Positions 25,968 through 33,931 of a stretch of DNA of 33,931 nt are shown piece by piece. Where the stretch lies: positions 1 to 33,931 of the IMG/VR virus record IMGVR_UViG_3300016476_000798. One strand, 5' to 3'. The stretch is from a virus (lineage: Duplodnaviria; Caudoviricetes). The translations under genes and the position numbers were made by a program. Position 1 is the first letter of the stretch. Each line of letters starts with the position of its first letter. Below the pieces are notes generated by a model. The model ran no database searches. It was not told the origin of the DNA and saw nothing but the letters and a program-made list of their open reading frames with translations.

Positions 25968-26072
25968 AGAAAGTCCTCCCCTATGTGTTTATTTATCTTT
26001 TTACTGCAAAACTATTTAACACCTATGTATGCATTCTATACTATAAAGTGACTCATTTTTAAGTCATTAAGT

Positions 26073-26180
26073 GAACTAGACCCCGCACTCGTTTTGCCGA
26101 GTTGTACCTCTCTGCTGATACTGCACCTCACGAAGCCACCCGCCTAAGGGTTTCAACACACTGCTGACCCCGTCTAGTCC
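26073..26180 (-). ncRNA. Candidate structured ncRNA D downstream of tRNA-Arg
   Basis: 9-bp closing stem GGACTAGAC/GTCTAGTTC (G-U on minus), inner hairpins ACCC/GGGT and ACTCG/CGAGT; GC-rich in AT-rich context. Confidence 0.55.
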
Positions 26181-26206
26181 TTGCCCTCTACTTTCCCTCG
26201 GTTGTC

Positions 26207-26283
26207 TGGCCTGCCCGGAGGGATTCGAACCCCCGGCCCTGAGATTAGAAGTCTCATGCTCTATCCAGCTGAGCTACGGGCAG
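26207..26283 (-). tRNA. tRNA-Arg(UCU)
   Basis: CTGCCCG/CGGGCAG acceptor, TGAGA-CTTCTAA-TCTCA, GCCA end. Confidence 0.97.
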
Positions 26284-26319
26284 ATAAAAACTTTTTGCTA
26301 ACTCCTAACTAACAAACAC

Positions 26320-26348
26320 AGTATACTAAATTTGTACGTTGTTGTCAA
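26320..26348 (-). promoter_or_regulatory. sigma70-like promoter for tRNA-Arg
   Basis: TTGACA-N17-TATACT. Confidence 0.8.
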
Positions 26349-26607
26349 GATCTTTTTTGAATTCCACAGGATAAAAAAGATAAGTTTTGTTTGAAATATC
26401 TCCGTAGTATTTAGCTTTTAGTTCTAGATACTTTTTATCCTTTGGCTGTGTTGCTTCCACTTTACCATCATATGCTCTAGACACCGTACCCCCGTGATGA
26501 AAAAGATATGTTATCTTATTGCGAGCAGTTTCAATACCTATACCTTTTTCTGCACGAATAATATATGCAAAATCATCTTGTAAAAGTTTACCAGTTTGTT
26601 CGTCCAT
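26326..26607 (-). CDS. Hypothetical protein
   Basis: 93-aa ORF tiling the operon. Confidence 0.65.
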   Translation of the reverse strand: MDEQTGKLLQDDFAYIIRAEKGIGIETARNKITYLFHHGGTVSRAYDGKVEATQPKDKKYLELKAKYYGDISNKTYLFYPVEFKKDLDNNVQI

Positions 26608-26608
26608 A

Positions 26609-27382
26609 TTAGAATGTGAAGTCCTCTACAATATATTTACTATCTAGTTTACCTACTACAAAATCATAACCTTTGAGCTTGGTATATGTTACTTGGCCAG
26701 ATACTACCAAAGTCTTAATCTTATCAAAGATTTTAGTAATAGGCATTAGAACAGACGCATTGTTAACACTTAGTTCAAACACAACGTTGTCTGAATTTTT
26801 AAAGTAGAAGTTCTTTGCTCTAAAACCTCTGCGATAAAAATCAAAACTGCCAATGTATGTGAGCGGTACTGTTGAAATCGCAGAGCGGCCGCGACTTTCT
26901 AGAAATGAGTTATAGTTTGCTGTTAGATCATCATAGAAACGATCTTCTACGTAGAAATCAGGAAGTCGATATAGTAGACGAATGTGTGGTTCTTCTAGCA
27001 CATGTTTGCCACTTAGTTTAAGTGACTTAACCATATCACGTTTGAAGTCACTGTCGCGATATGTGCTGCTTAGTTTCTGTGTAACGATCTTATCTAGATA
27101 GTATTCACGAATAGTTTGTGCATAGCGATTAGTTTCTTCTGAAGGAATATGTCGCTTGATCATCTCAACTTCTGGAAAACGGCCAGCAGCCTTAAGCTCA
27201 ATGATTGCTGCTAGTGGATCAATGTCTAGATCATATACAACAGATGCCTTTGGCTTTTCGTCATAGCCATTTAGGAAATCGTTAATGCTACTTTTTACAT
27301 CATCAGCGCCAATTGTAATTGTGTCGGGGCCAGCAGCGTATGAATATACGCTAGGTGACATTGTTACATCATCTTTATTCAT
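26609..27382 (-). CDS. Hypothetical phage protein
   Basis: 257-aa ORF with ATGA overlap with the exonuclease. Confidence 0.78.
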   Translation of the reverse strand: MNKDDVTMSPSVYSYAAGPDTITIGADDVKSSINDFLNGYDEKPKASVVYDLDIDPLAAIIELKAAGRFPEVEMIKRHIPSEETNRYAQTIREYYLDKIVTQKLSSTYRDSDFKRDMVKSLKLSGKHVLEEPHIRLLYRLPDFYVEDRFYDDLTANYNSFLESRGRSAISTVPLTYIGSFDFYRRGFRAKNFYFKNSDNVVFELSVNNASVLMPITKIFDKIKTLVVSGQVTYTKLKGYDFVVGKLDSKYIVEDFTF

Positions 27383-27918
27383 CGAGGTTGAACTCCAAAG
27401 TGTTTAAAGGTTCGTTGAACACATACAGCTTGCCAGTATGAATCCTCGTCTGCACTGTGTAAATTTTGCTGAATAGCCTTACGTGGATCTACTGGCATCA
27501 TGTTAAAGATAGTGCGGCAATCAGAAACTTGCCAGTATGCCCAGTTACGATGATGATTAAACTGTCGGAACAAGTCCTCTAGAATAACCATATCAAACTG
27601 CGGGCCTTGACACCAAATCTTATCTACACCAACTAGATAACGATTTAGGTCTTTAAAGAACATATCCAAATCAATGCGTCCAAACTCACTGAATGCTTCT
27701 TCTCTGATATGTTCTGCTTGCTTGCCCCACCACTCTAGTGTACCCTGATCTACGCTGCGATCAGCTTTAAGCTGCTCGTCTGCGCTCGGACGCCAAAGTG
27801 TTTTTGAGTGTGGTTCAATAAGTGTATAAGGATCGAATTTAACTGCGCCAACACTAAGTACTACGCAATCTGGATTAGTGCCTAGTGTTTCGATATCGAT
27901 CATTGCATGTGTAGTCAT
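27379..27918 (-). CDS. DEDDh 3'-5' exonuclease (DexA/ExoVIII-N-like)
   Basis: MIDIETLG, FDMVIL, DCRT, HSADED; start moved to MTTH, 6 nt after the -10 box. Confidence 0.9.
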   Translation of the reverse strand: MTTHAMIDIETLGTNPDCVVLSVGAVKFDPYTLIEPHSKTLWRPSADEQLKADRSVDQGTLEWWGKQAEHIREEAFSEFGRIDLDMFFKDLNRYLVGVDKIWCQGPQFDMVILEDLFRQFNHHRNWAYWQVSDCRTIFNMMPVDPRKAIQQNLHSADEDSYWQAVCVQRTFKHFGVQPR

Positions 27919-27948
27919 AGTATTACTATAACACCTTTGCAAATTACG

Positions 27949-28650
27949 TCAAGATCTTTTTTGAATAACTAGTGCTGATTGATACATATCACGCACTTTT
28001 TGTAAAACATGATTAATTATTCTACTGTCATATGGTAAAGTTGACAATAACCATTCTTCATTATAAATCGTTAGGAATTGGTCACACTTGGTTTCCCAGT
28101 TCTTTGTTATAATCTTGTCGTCTATATAGTAGACATAGTCACTAACAATGTCAAATGAAAAAGTATTGATAGCTGGAGAAACATTGTAGTTCATCTTTCG
28201 TTTGTGCATAAACCAGGGCATCATAGTCTTAGTTAGAATAGTAGTTACTATTTTGCCGCCGGGTCTGCAAACCCTATACAGTTCTTCTAAATCGTGTAAC
28301 AACATTTCAACCGTGCAGTGACTATGAACACTATACGCACAAACCACATCAAAAGTGTTATCGTCAAAAGGAATCTGACTGTTTGGAATTCCAGTCGGAT
28401 TGTAATGCCAGTTTAATGGATTATATTTGACCCAAGACGCATCAGGAAAACGCGAATGTCCATGAGTTAATGCTTCATTGCTTAAATCTAAACAAGTGTA
28501 ATCTGCTGGATTAAGTTCTCCAGCAGCTACACCATCTTCAAGTATATTTCCTCGATTTCCACCAAAATCTAAAATTTTAAGATTAGCTAAAGTTTCTATC
28601 CCTAACGCTGTCTTAAAATATGTTAATCTAGGTACTCTAGGAAATAACAT
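27949..28650 (-). CDS. Class I SAM-dependent methyltransferase
   Basis: ILDFGGNRG, IPFDDNTFDVV, RVCRPGG. Confidence 0.88.
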   Translation of the reverse strand: MLFPRVPRLTYFKTALGIETLANLKILDFGGNRGNILEDGVAAGELNPADYTCLDLSNEALTHGHSRFPDASWVKYNPLNWHYNPTGIPNSQIPFDDNTFDVVCAYSVHSHCTVEMLLHDLEELYRVCRPGGKIVTTILTKTMMPWFMHKRKMNYNVSPAINTFSFDIVSDYVYYIDDKIITKNWETKCDQFLTIYNEEWLLSTLPYDSRIINHVLQKVRDMYQSALVIQKRS

Positions 28651-28655
28651 GCAAC

Positions 28656-29510
28656 TTAAAGAACAATTTTTTCTTCGTCAGGGATACGATTTTTGTTTAC
28701 AGAATCAAGTTGCCCTGCGCCTTTGACGCCTTCTGCCCATTTCATTTTCTCAAATGGATCCTGCTTACCAGCAACTACATTATCCCACCAAGTGCTATGT
28801 TGCCCAATGCGATCAAGGAACCACGCAATCTTATATGCAGTTGCTACACGAGCCTGTTGCATTGTTGAATGACCAAAGTCCTTAGGATCACTTGGATTGC
28901 CTTCCATATACTTGCGGTTCTGGAAAGTTGGATCATCGTTATTGCCAGTAATATCTGCACGATCGTGAATGAATTCAACATCAATGCGTTCAAAGATGTC
29001 TAACATATAAGCAATGTGACTTAGCCATGCATCGTTTTGTGCGTTCTGACTTAGGTGGTCAATCAGCATAAACCAATCACGTGGGACAATTGGGAAAATT
29101 GCATAAGGATGACCATTATGATTATCGCGTGGTGCAAGTAACTTAAACTGTCCGGTGTATCCACGGATAACTTCGTCCCAGTTATCAGTAACCATTACTC
29201 CGTCGTCATTCCAGAAGAACAGCCATTCGCCGCTAGCGTTTCCTGCTAGTGTGTTTACATACACATGTAGGTTTTCATAACCTAATGGCTTAAAAATATT
29301 AGCTCTGCACTCAACCTTATGCTCGCGCAACATTGGGGCAATTTCTGCTTCAATGTATTCGCGTAAGCCTTCATCATCATCATCAATGCCAAGTAAGAGC
29401 TCTACCTTTTCAGGATTCTTGGCTTTAGTAATTAGGCTTTCTAAACTGCTCTTTAATACTTCTCTTCTACCGCGAGTTGGTAGTAGTACTGAAATTACTG
29501 AGTCGCTCAT
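28656..29510 (-). CDS. GT2-like glycosyltransferase
   Basis: ISVLLPTRGR, IDDDD, GEWLFFWNDD. Confidence 0.85.
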   Translation of the reverse strand: MSDSVISVLLPTRGRREVLKSSLESLITKAKNPEKVELLLGIDDDDEGLREYIEAEIAPMLREHKVECRANIFKPLGYENLHVYVNTLAGNASGEWLFFWNDDGVMVTDNWDEVIRGYTGQFKLLAPRDNHNGHPYAIFPIVPRDWFMLIDHLSQNAQNDAWLSHIAYMLDIFERIDVEFIHDRADITGNNDDPTFQNRKYMEGNPSDPKDFGHSTMQQARVATAYKIAWFLDRIGQHSTWWDNVVAGKQDPFEKMKWAEGVKGAGQLDSVNKNRIPDEEKIVL

Positions 29511-30463
29511 TATACAATTTGCTTCCTATTGTGCTTGTTTTCGCCTGTAAACAACTTACGAATATTACCACGGAAAGTATAGTGGCCAACATGGTTAAGT
29601 GCTGTGCGAGGATCTAGGTATACTTCACCGCCTGCTTGCTGCCATAGACGACAGAACATATAATCTTCACTTAGATAACGTCTGCTCTCTGGATCGATCA
29701 TAGTATCAAACAGTGCATACATATATGGTTCAAACTTCTTGTCAACGTTAATATCGTTAACGTATTTTAGTTCTGGATGAAGGTCCATTAGCTGCTGAAT
29801 GACTTCCTTCTTGATGCACATAAAGCCTGTGCCAGCGTCCTTGAGACGTACTAGGTTGTCAACAATCTGAACCTGTGGTGTGCGGTTACCGTTTTCATCC
29901 TTGAGGAAGTCAAAGTTTACAACATAGTTTGAACTGTGACCTTCGATGGTTTCTGCTGTTTCTTCGAGATCTGGGTTTCTTGCAGCATGTAAGATGCTGT
30001 CCCAGTTAATTGCTTTCTTAGGATACGCACCAACTGTAATAGGCTTGTCATACGCAACCATACGTAGAAGGTCTTCTGGTTGGAATTCAATATCAGCATC
30101 GATAAAGAACAAGTGCGTTGCATCCTTGTTTTCCATAAAGAAGCTAACAAGTGTATTACGTCCGCGAGTGATCAAACTTTCATTAGCTAGTGTGCTAATA
30201 GTGTACTTGATTTCGTACTTGTTGCATAGGATAGCAAGGCGCATCATACTGCGGAAGTAAGGTTCACCAATCTGGCCGCCGTAACAAGGAGTAGCGATAA
30301 AAATGTGCTTCTGGCGTAGTAGCCCTACGGGGATTTCAATCTTAGCATCCAATAAGCGATACATTACATCATCATGTGCAGTTTCTGCACCGGGCTGAGT
30401 TACTGGATTTGAACCTTTCTTTTCTGCTTTAGCAGCTAGTCTGCGTTCGTTGCGTTTTGACAT
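29510..30463 (-). CDS. GT-A fold glycosyltransferase-like protein
   Basis: IATPCYGG, SLITRGRN, THLFFIDADI, GTGFMCI, SEDY.FC, HVG. Confidence 0.82.
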   Translation of the reverse strand: MSKRNERRLAAKAEKKGSNPVTQPGAETAHDDVMYRLLDAKIEIPVGLLRQKHIFIATPCYGGQIGEPYFRSMMRLAILCNKYEIKYTISTLANESLITRGRNTLVSFFMENKDATHLFFIDADIEFQPEDLLRMVAYDKPITVGAYPKKAINWDSILHAARNPDLEETAETIEGHSSNYVVNFDFLKDENGNRTPQVQIVDNLVRLKDAGTGFMCIKKEVIQQLMDLHPELKYVNDINVDKKFEPYMYALFDTMIDPESRRYLSEDYMFCRLWQQAGGEVYLDPRTALNHVGHYTFRGNIRKLFTGENKHNRKQIV

Positions 30464-30502
30464 AAGGTTGTGTGTTTCCTGTTAAAATATTCGTGTGTGG
30501 TG

Positions 30503-30578
30503 TGGTGCCCATTGACGGATTCGAACCGCCGACCTACTGATTACAAATCAGTTGCTCTACCAGCTGAGCTAAATGGGC
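30503..30578 (-). tRNA. tRNA-Thr(UGU), copy 2
   Basis: GCCCATT/AATGGGC acceptor, ACTGA-TTTGTAA-TCAGT, ACCA; late-like CATAAATA 7 nt upstream. Confidence 0.97.
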
Positions 30579-30612
30579 GCATGAATATTTATGATACAGA
30601 ATTTTTACAGAC

Positions 30613-30647
30613 AAAAAAATAGGCACAAAGTGCCTATTTTAAAAAAA
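30613..30647 (-). terminator. Intrinsic terminator
   Basis: AAAATAGGCAC-TTT-GTGCCTATTTTTTT. Confidence 0.82.
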
Positions 30648-30660
30648 GAAGTTTAAGATT

Positions 30661-30828
30661 TTATCTTTCGTTTGGTTTCTTGCTAACGAATTCATTTAAC
30701 TTTTCTGCTTCAGCCAGAACGTCTTCTGTGCTGGGCATGTCTTCATGATTTTTAGCTTTCGCCTGTAAGATTTCTCTGGCTTCTTTAACCAGATCTAATC
30801 TAATCTCATATGGAGTCTTGTTAGACAT
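30661..30828 (-). CDS. Small 55-aa protein MSNKTPYEIRLDL...KLNEFVSKKPNER (not in ORF track)
   Basis: SD GGGAG, exact TATAAATA at 30859-30866, own terminator; PYEIRL..FVS pattern recalled from small phage proteins. Confidence 0.85.
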   Translation of the reverse strand: MSNKTPYEIRLDLVKEAREILQAKAKNHEDMPSTEDVLAEAEKLNEFVSKKPNER

Positions 30829-30899
30829 GTTATTACTCCCAAAATTTTACTTATGTAATATTTATACTTTTTGGGGGATAAAGTAATCTATATATTTAA

Positions 30900-30994
30900 C
30901 TCAAGGTGGCACTCTAGCGTAAATGGTAGCGAATCATTAATGGCTCAGCAGTTCCCGCTGTTGACGCCCTGCCGTTGAACGGTCCTAGGGACAT
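30900..30994 (-). ncRNA. Candidate late-expressed structured RNA E (or 26-aa leaderless ORF)
   Basis: GC-rich island starting 5 nt after GATAAATA (31000-31007); stems CCCT/AGGG, CCG/CGG, CAGCGG/CTGCTG, AATG/CATT. Confidence 0.5.
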
Positions 30995-31005
30995 AAAGTT
31001 ATTTA

Positions 31006-32025
31006 TCAAAGGTCAAAGTTGTATATTTCGATATATCTTAAATCTGGTGTTTCTTTACAGAAAAGTTCAAATTCTTGCTTTATAGTATCAATGTGTAGTG
31101 TGCTAAAATTAAGTAAGTACATATCATGATTATACCAACTCTCATTCTTTAAAGTGTTCACAAGCGGGTATCTAAACAATAAATCGTATTGATTGTATAT
31201 TCCTGACTCTTTTGCTAAATGAACCTTTAGCATTTCAAACCCGGTATTTTTAAGCAGCGGTGGCAGCAAAGTATCACCAACAATGTCTGTATAGAATAAT
31301 TTTCTAAAAGGTTGAGTAACACCAGTTCCCGATGACCTGCTAGGTACAACAATCTTATGCTTTTTTACAGTATCTAGTGATTGTTTAAAACCTAGGTAAT
31401 TTGTTTCTGCGCTAACTCTAAATAAGTCTTTAATTACAATACGTTGATTTTTTAAACCATAATTTAAAAAAGAATTAGTTATAAATTGCTGATAGCTAAG
31501 ACCTGAAATAGTAGATGTGCGGTCATCAAAATTAAAGGTCAAAAAAGGAATATCACCACCTAAAAACACAGGAATAGACTTATCTTCGATTAAATCTATC
31601 ATTTTTAACTGAAGTGCAATCTGTGGGCTAGTAGCTTTATATTCCTTACATATTTTTAAATGCTGTCCTGTATACAGAAAATGTTTGTAGTCTATTTCAA
31701 TATTAGTATAGCTATATCCTAATTTGTTGCATAGGCGAATAGCATGTAGCACATCTGCACTGTTAAAAACATTGTCATCCCAAACAAAAGAGAATATGTA
31801 TACGTTTATGCGTTTTTCTAGTTGTCTTAACACTGATAACGTAAATTGGCTATCAATACCACTGCTTAAACACAAGTTAACTTCTTCAAAACTTTCGAAC
31901 GCTTTAGCCCATACATCCATTAAAGTTTCATTATTAGCAGGAGGGTAGGCAAAAATTTCTAAGGTTTTTTCGTCGTAGTTTACTTCAAATCCTTTATAAA
32001 ATGCTGACGAATCCATTATCTGCAC
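31006..32025 (-). CDS. Adenine nucleotide alpha-hydrolase (PP-loop, asparagine-synthase-like) protein
   Basis: LCLSSGIDSQ PP-loop-like motif. Confidence 0.6.
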   Translation of the reverse strand: MQIMDSSAFYKGFEVNYDEKTLEIFAYPPANNETLMDVWAKAFESFEEVNLCLSSGIDSQFTLSVLRQLEKRINVYIFSFVWDDNVFNSADVLHAIRLCNKLGYSYTNIEIDYKHFLYTGQHLKICKEYKATSPQIALQLKMIDLIEDKSIPVFLGGDIPFLTFNFDDRTSTISGLSYQQFITNSFLNYGLKNQRIVIKDLFRVSAETNYLGFKQSLDTVKKHKIVVPSRSSGTGVTQPFRKLFYTDIVGDTLLPPLLKNTGFEMLKVHLAKESGIYNQYDLLFRYPLVNTLKNESWYNHDMYLLNFSTLHIDTIKQEFELFCKETPDLRYIEIYNFDL

Positions 32026-32095
32026 AGTAACCTCCTAAGTATGATAAATACTTATATTAATTCAGTGGTAACACAACCATATTCATGGAGCACAA

Positions 32096-33613
32096 ATGGC
32101 TAGATTTTTAATAACACTTGATTCAGGGGTACACGCAGACGAATCTGCTGCACAATCAGCGATTACAGCAGCTGGTGCTTCGATCATCAAAACATATGCA
32201 TTTGCTTTAACTTTTGAAGTTGAAGCTACCGCAGAACAAATTTCGTCAATTACAGGTTTACTAGATCATATTGACGCAGCAACTACTACTTCTGTTAGTG
32301 TACAAATGGCGAACCAAGACCACTTAATAACACTAGCTGTAGGTAGCTCAGATGAAGCAACTTCTTACAATCCTCAGTCTACCGGTGCTGGAAGTCACAT
32401 TTATCTAGTTGATACTGGATTATATGCAGAACACGAACAGTTTACTGGAAGAAACATTAATTACTTGTACAGTAACTTTGACGGTGACTTCACAGACGAG
32501 TCAGGTCACGGTACAGCAGTAGCAAGTGTTATTGTTGGCAATACTCAAGGTGTTTCTAAGGATGCCACACTTCATGTTATTAAGCTGTTTGATACTGGTA
32601 CTGGTGACATTACTATTGGTGAAATTTTAAATGCACTAGATGCAGTGCTAACACATCACCAAGCAAATGATCCTTCTAAGGCTAAGGTAGTGTGTTTGCC
32701 ATGGGTCACTCCTCAGAATAACTTTATTGATAGCAAAATTACTGAATTAAATACCAATAACTTAGTAGTAGTTGCGGCAGCGGGTAATGATGGTCAAGAT
32801 GTTAACAACTATTCACCAGCTGGTGTAGAGTCAGTAATTACTGTTGGTTCACATAACGCTCAGTTTGAAGTATCTTCATTTACTAACGTACCTTGGACTA
32901 ATCCTGCAACTCCCTACTATAATAACTACGGTGCAGCACTTGATATTTTTGCCGTTGGGGTTGACGTGTCCTGTGCAGTAATTGGTGATGTAGATTCGTA
33001 TGGCTTAGTATCAGGAACTAGTGTTTCTAGCGGTATTGTTGCTGGTGTTGCAGCTCAGTGGGCTGCAAAGTATTCGACAAAAACATCGTCAGAACTCAAA
33101 GATATTATCTTGCAGGAAGGTCATCTTCCAGCAGTAGGTAAGTTAAATATTGATCCTAGTTTACCAATTGCTACCGCTAACTTGTATCGCTCTATTATTA
33201 CAGTTGACCTAGTAGGCGATGCATCTATTGGTAATCTACCTTCAGGTAGGGTAATGAATGTTGAGTTAGGACAAAGTCTTACTAAAGACTTAGAACTAAA
33301 TCTGTCAGGGGGTACTGAGTTTAGTACTTTAGAATTCGCTCCTTTACCACCTTGGTTAACACTTGATATGTCAACCGGTGTACTAACTGCAAATACTGTC
33401 GGATTAGATGCAAGCCTTGCTCCGGGTATTTACTTATTTGGTATTAAAGCAACTGTAAACGGTAAAGTTCAAGTAGAAGAATATTCCGTTGGTCTTTACG
33501 CTAATGACCCATCAGAATTAGAGCAAGCTAGCCAATTCTATTATGATACTGAAACTGCAAATTACGATGAGGTTATCAGCTATCAAGTTGCGCCGAATGC
33601 AAGCAAATTCTAA
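32096..33613 (+). CDS. Subtilisin-like S8 serine protease with propeptide and C-terminal Ig-like domain
   Basis: Triad LVDTG, GHGTAVAS, SGTSVS; oxyanion AAAGN; LPPWLTLD..TGVL Ig motif; late motif at 32043-32050. Confidence 0.92.
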   Translation: MARFLITLDSGVHADESAAQSAITAAGASIIKTYAFALTFEVEATAEQISSITGLLDHIDAATTTSVSVQMANQDHLITLAVGSSDEATSYNPQSTGAGSHIYLVDTGLYAEHEQFTGRNINYLYSNFDGDFTDESGHGTAVASVIVGNTQGVSKDATLHVIKLFDTGTGDITIGEILNALDAVLTHHQANDPSKAKVVCLPWVTPQNNFIDSKITELNTNNLVVVAAAGNDGQDVNNYSPAGVESVITVGSHNAQFEVSSFTNVPWTNPATPYYNNYGAALDIFAVGVDVSCAVIGDVDSYGLVSGTSVSSGIVAGVAAQWAAKYSTKTSSELKDIILQEGHLPAVGKLNIDPSLPIATANLYRSIITVDLVGDASIGNLPSGRVMNVELGQSLTKDLELNLSGGTEFSTLEFAPLPPWLTLDMSTGVLTANTVGLDASLAPGIYLFGIKATVNGKVQVEEYSVGLYANDPSELEQASQFYYDTETANYDEVISYQVAPNASKF

Positions 33614-33634
33614 ATTCACATTTAGACTATAAAC

Positions 33635-33670
33635 AAAAAAACCGTGTTAAATACTTAGCACGGTTTTTTT
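33635..33670 (+). terminator. Intrinsic terminator containing a late-like TAAATA in its loop
   Basis: AAACCGTGTTAA-ATAC-TTAGCACGGTTTTTTT. Confidence 0.8.
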
Positions 33671-33931
33671 ATGATCAATTTAGATATAACTACTAAAAAC
33701 TCAGTTTACAACACTCTTGGCGCACAATCTCAGTGGGTCCAACACCGATTTGGGAAAAGGGATTATCCCAAAACTGAGATAGATCTAACTCTAATCAATA
33801 AGATATTACATCATACTGACGACACCGTTCATTTTACTTCTATTTTTGGTGATCCTACTAGTCATTCACAATTTTTAGAAGTACTGAATGCTACATCTCA
33901 TGGTAAAAATGTTATTAGCACTAATTTAAAT
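33671..33931 (+). CDS. Partial ORF, degenerate radical-SAM-like protein
   Basis: Open to the window end: MINLDITTKNSVYN...FGDPTSHSQFLE...ISTNL. Confidence 0.5.
   Translation, partial: MINLDITTKNSVYNTLGAQSQWVQHRFGKRDYPKTEIDLTLINKILHHTDDTVHFTSIFGDPTSHSQFLEVLNATSHGKNVISTNLN

Noticed and set aside
26186-26200. RNase P RNA (GAGGGAAAGT resembles CR-I)
   Set aside because: No CR-V partner, and the region is too short.
25478-30578. Prophage or island att sites at tRNA genes
   Set aside because: No integrase and no duplicated tRNA 3' ends; the context is phage-like on both sides.
5335-31948. Short antisense or alternate-frame ORFs in the track (e.g. 5335, 5898, 9627, 9733, 11884, 13716, 14704, 18431, 21066, 22382, 25567, 29946, 31724)
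   Set aside because: They lie within or across well-supported genes, lack SDs or motifs, and have shadow-like composition.
1-33931. Stop-codon reassignment or suppressor tRNAs
   Set aside because: Recognisable genes are full length in code 11, TAA, TAG and TGA all end real genes, and no CUA or UCA anticodon is present.

Overview
Segment of a large lytic, T4-like/jumbo-type dsDNA phage genome, probably infecting a proteobacterium (inferred from the IscU, FdxA and SleB types). Standard genetic code. It contains a minus-strand tRNA array (1-1381) interleaved with structured non-tRNA elements, plus three further tRNAs. Auxiliary genes include queD, iscU, fdxA, def, speD, uvsE, a GH6 cellulase, glycosyl-, methyl- and sulfotransferases and a radical SAM protein. 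There are also DNA ligase, a DEDD exonuclease, two SleB hydrolases, a secreted nuclease, an HNH endonuclease, an S8 protease and a plus-strand block of probable late virion/head proteins. Two promoter classes recur: sigma70-like TTGACA-N16/17-TATAAT and T4-late-like (G/T)ATAAATA. The best candidate for a new system is at 1621-1835. An unannotated, probably leaderless 38-codon leader peptide containing all 20 amino acids overlaps an antiterminator that is mutually exclusive with an intrinsic terminator directly upstream of the tRNA array. This looks like a general translation-stress attenuator that could switch on phage tRNAs when host tRNAs are depleted or cut. All calls come from reading the sequence by eye; no database searches or folding programs were run.
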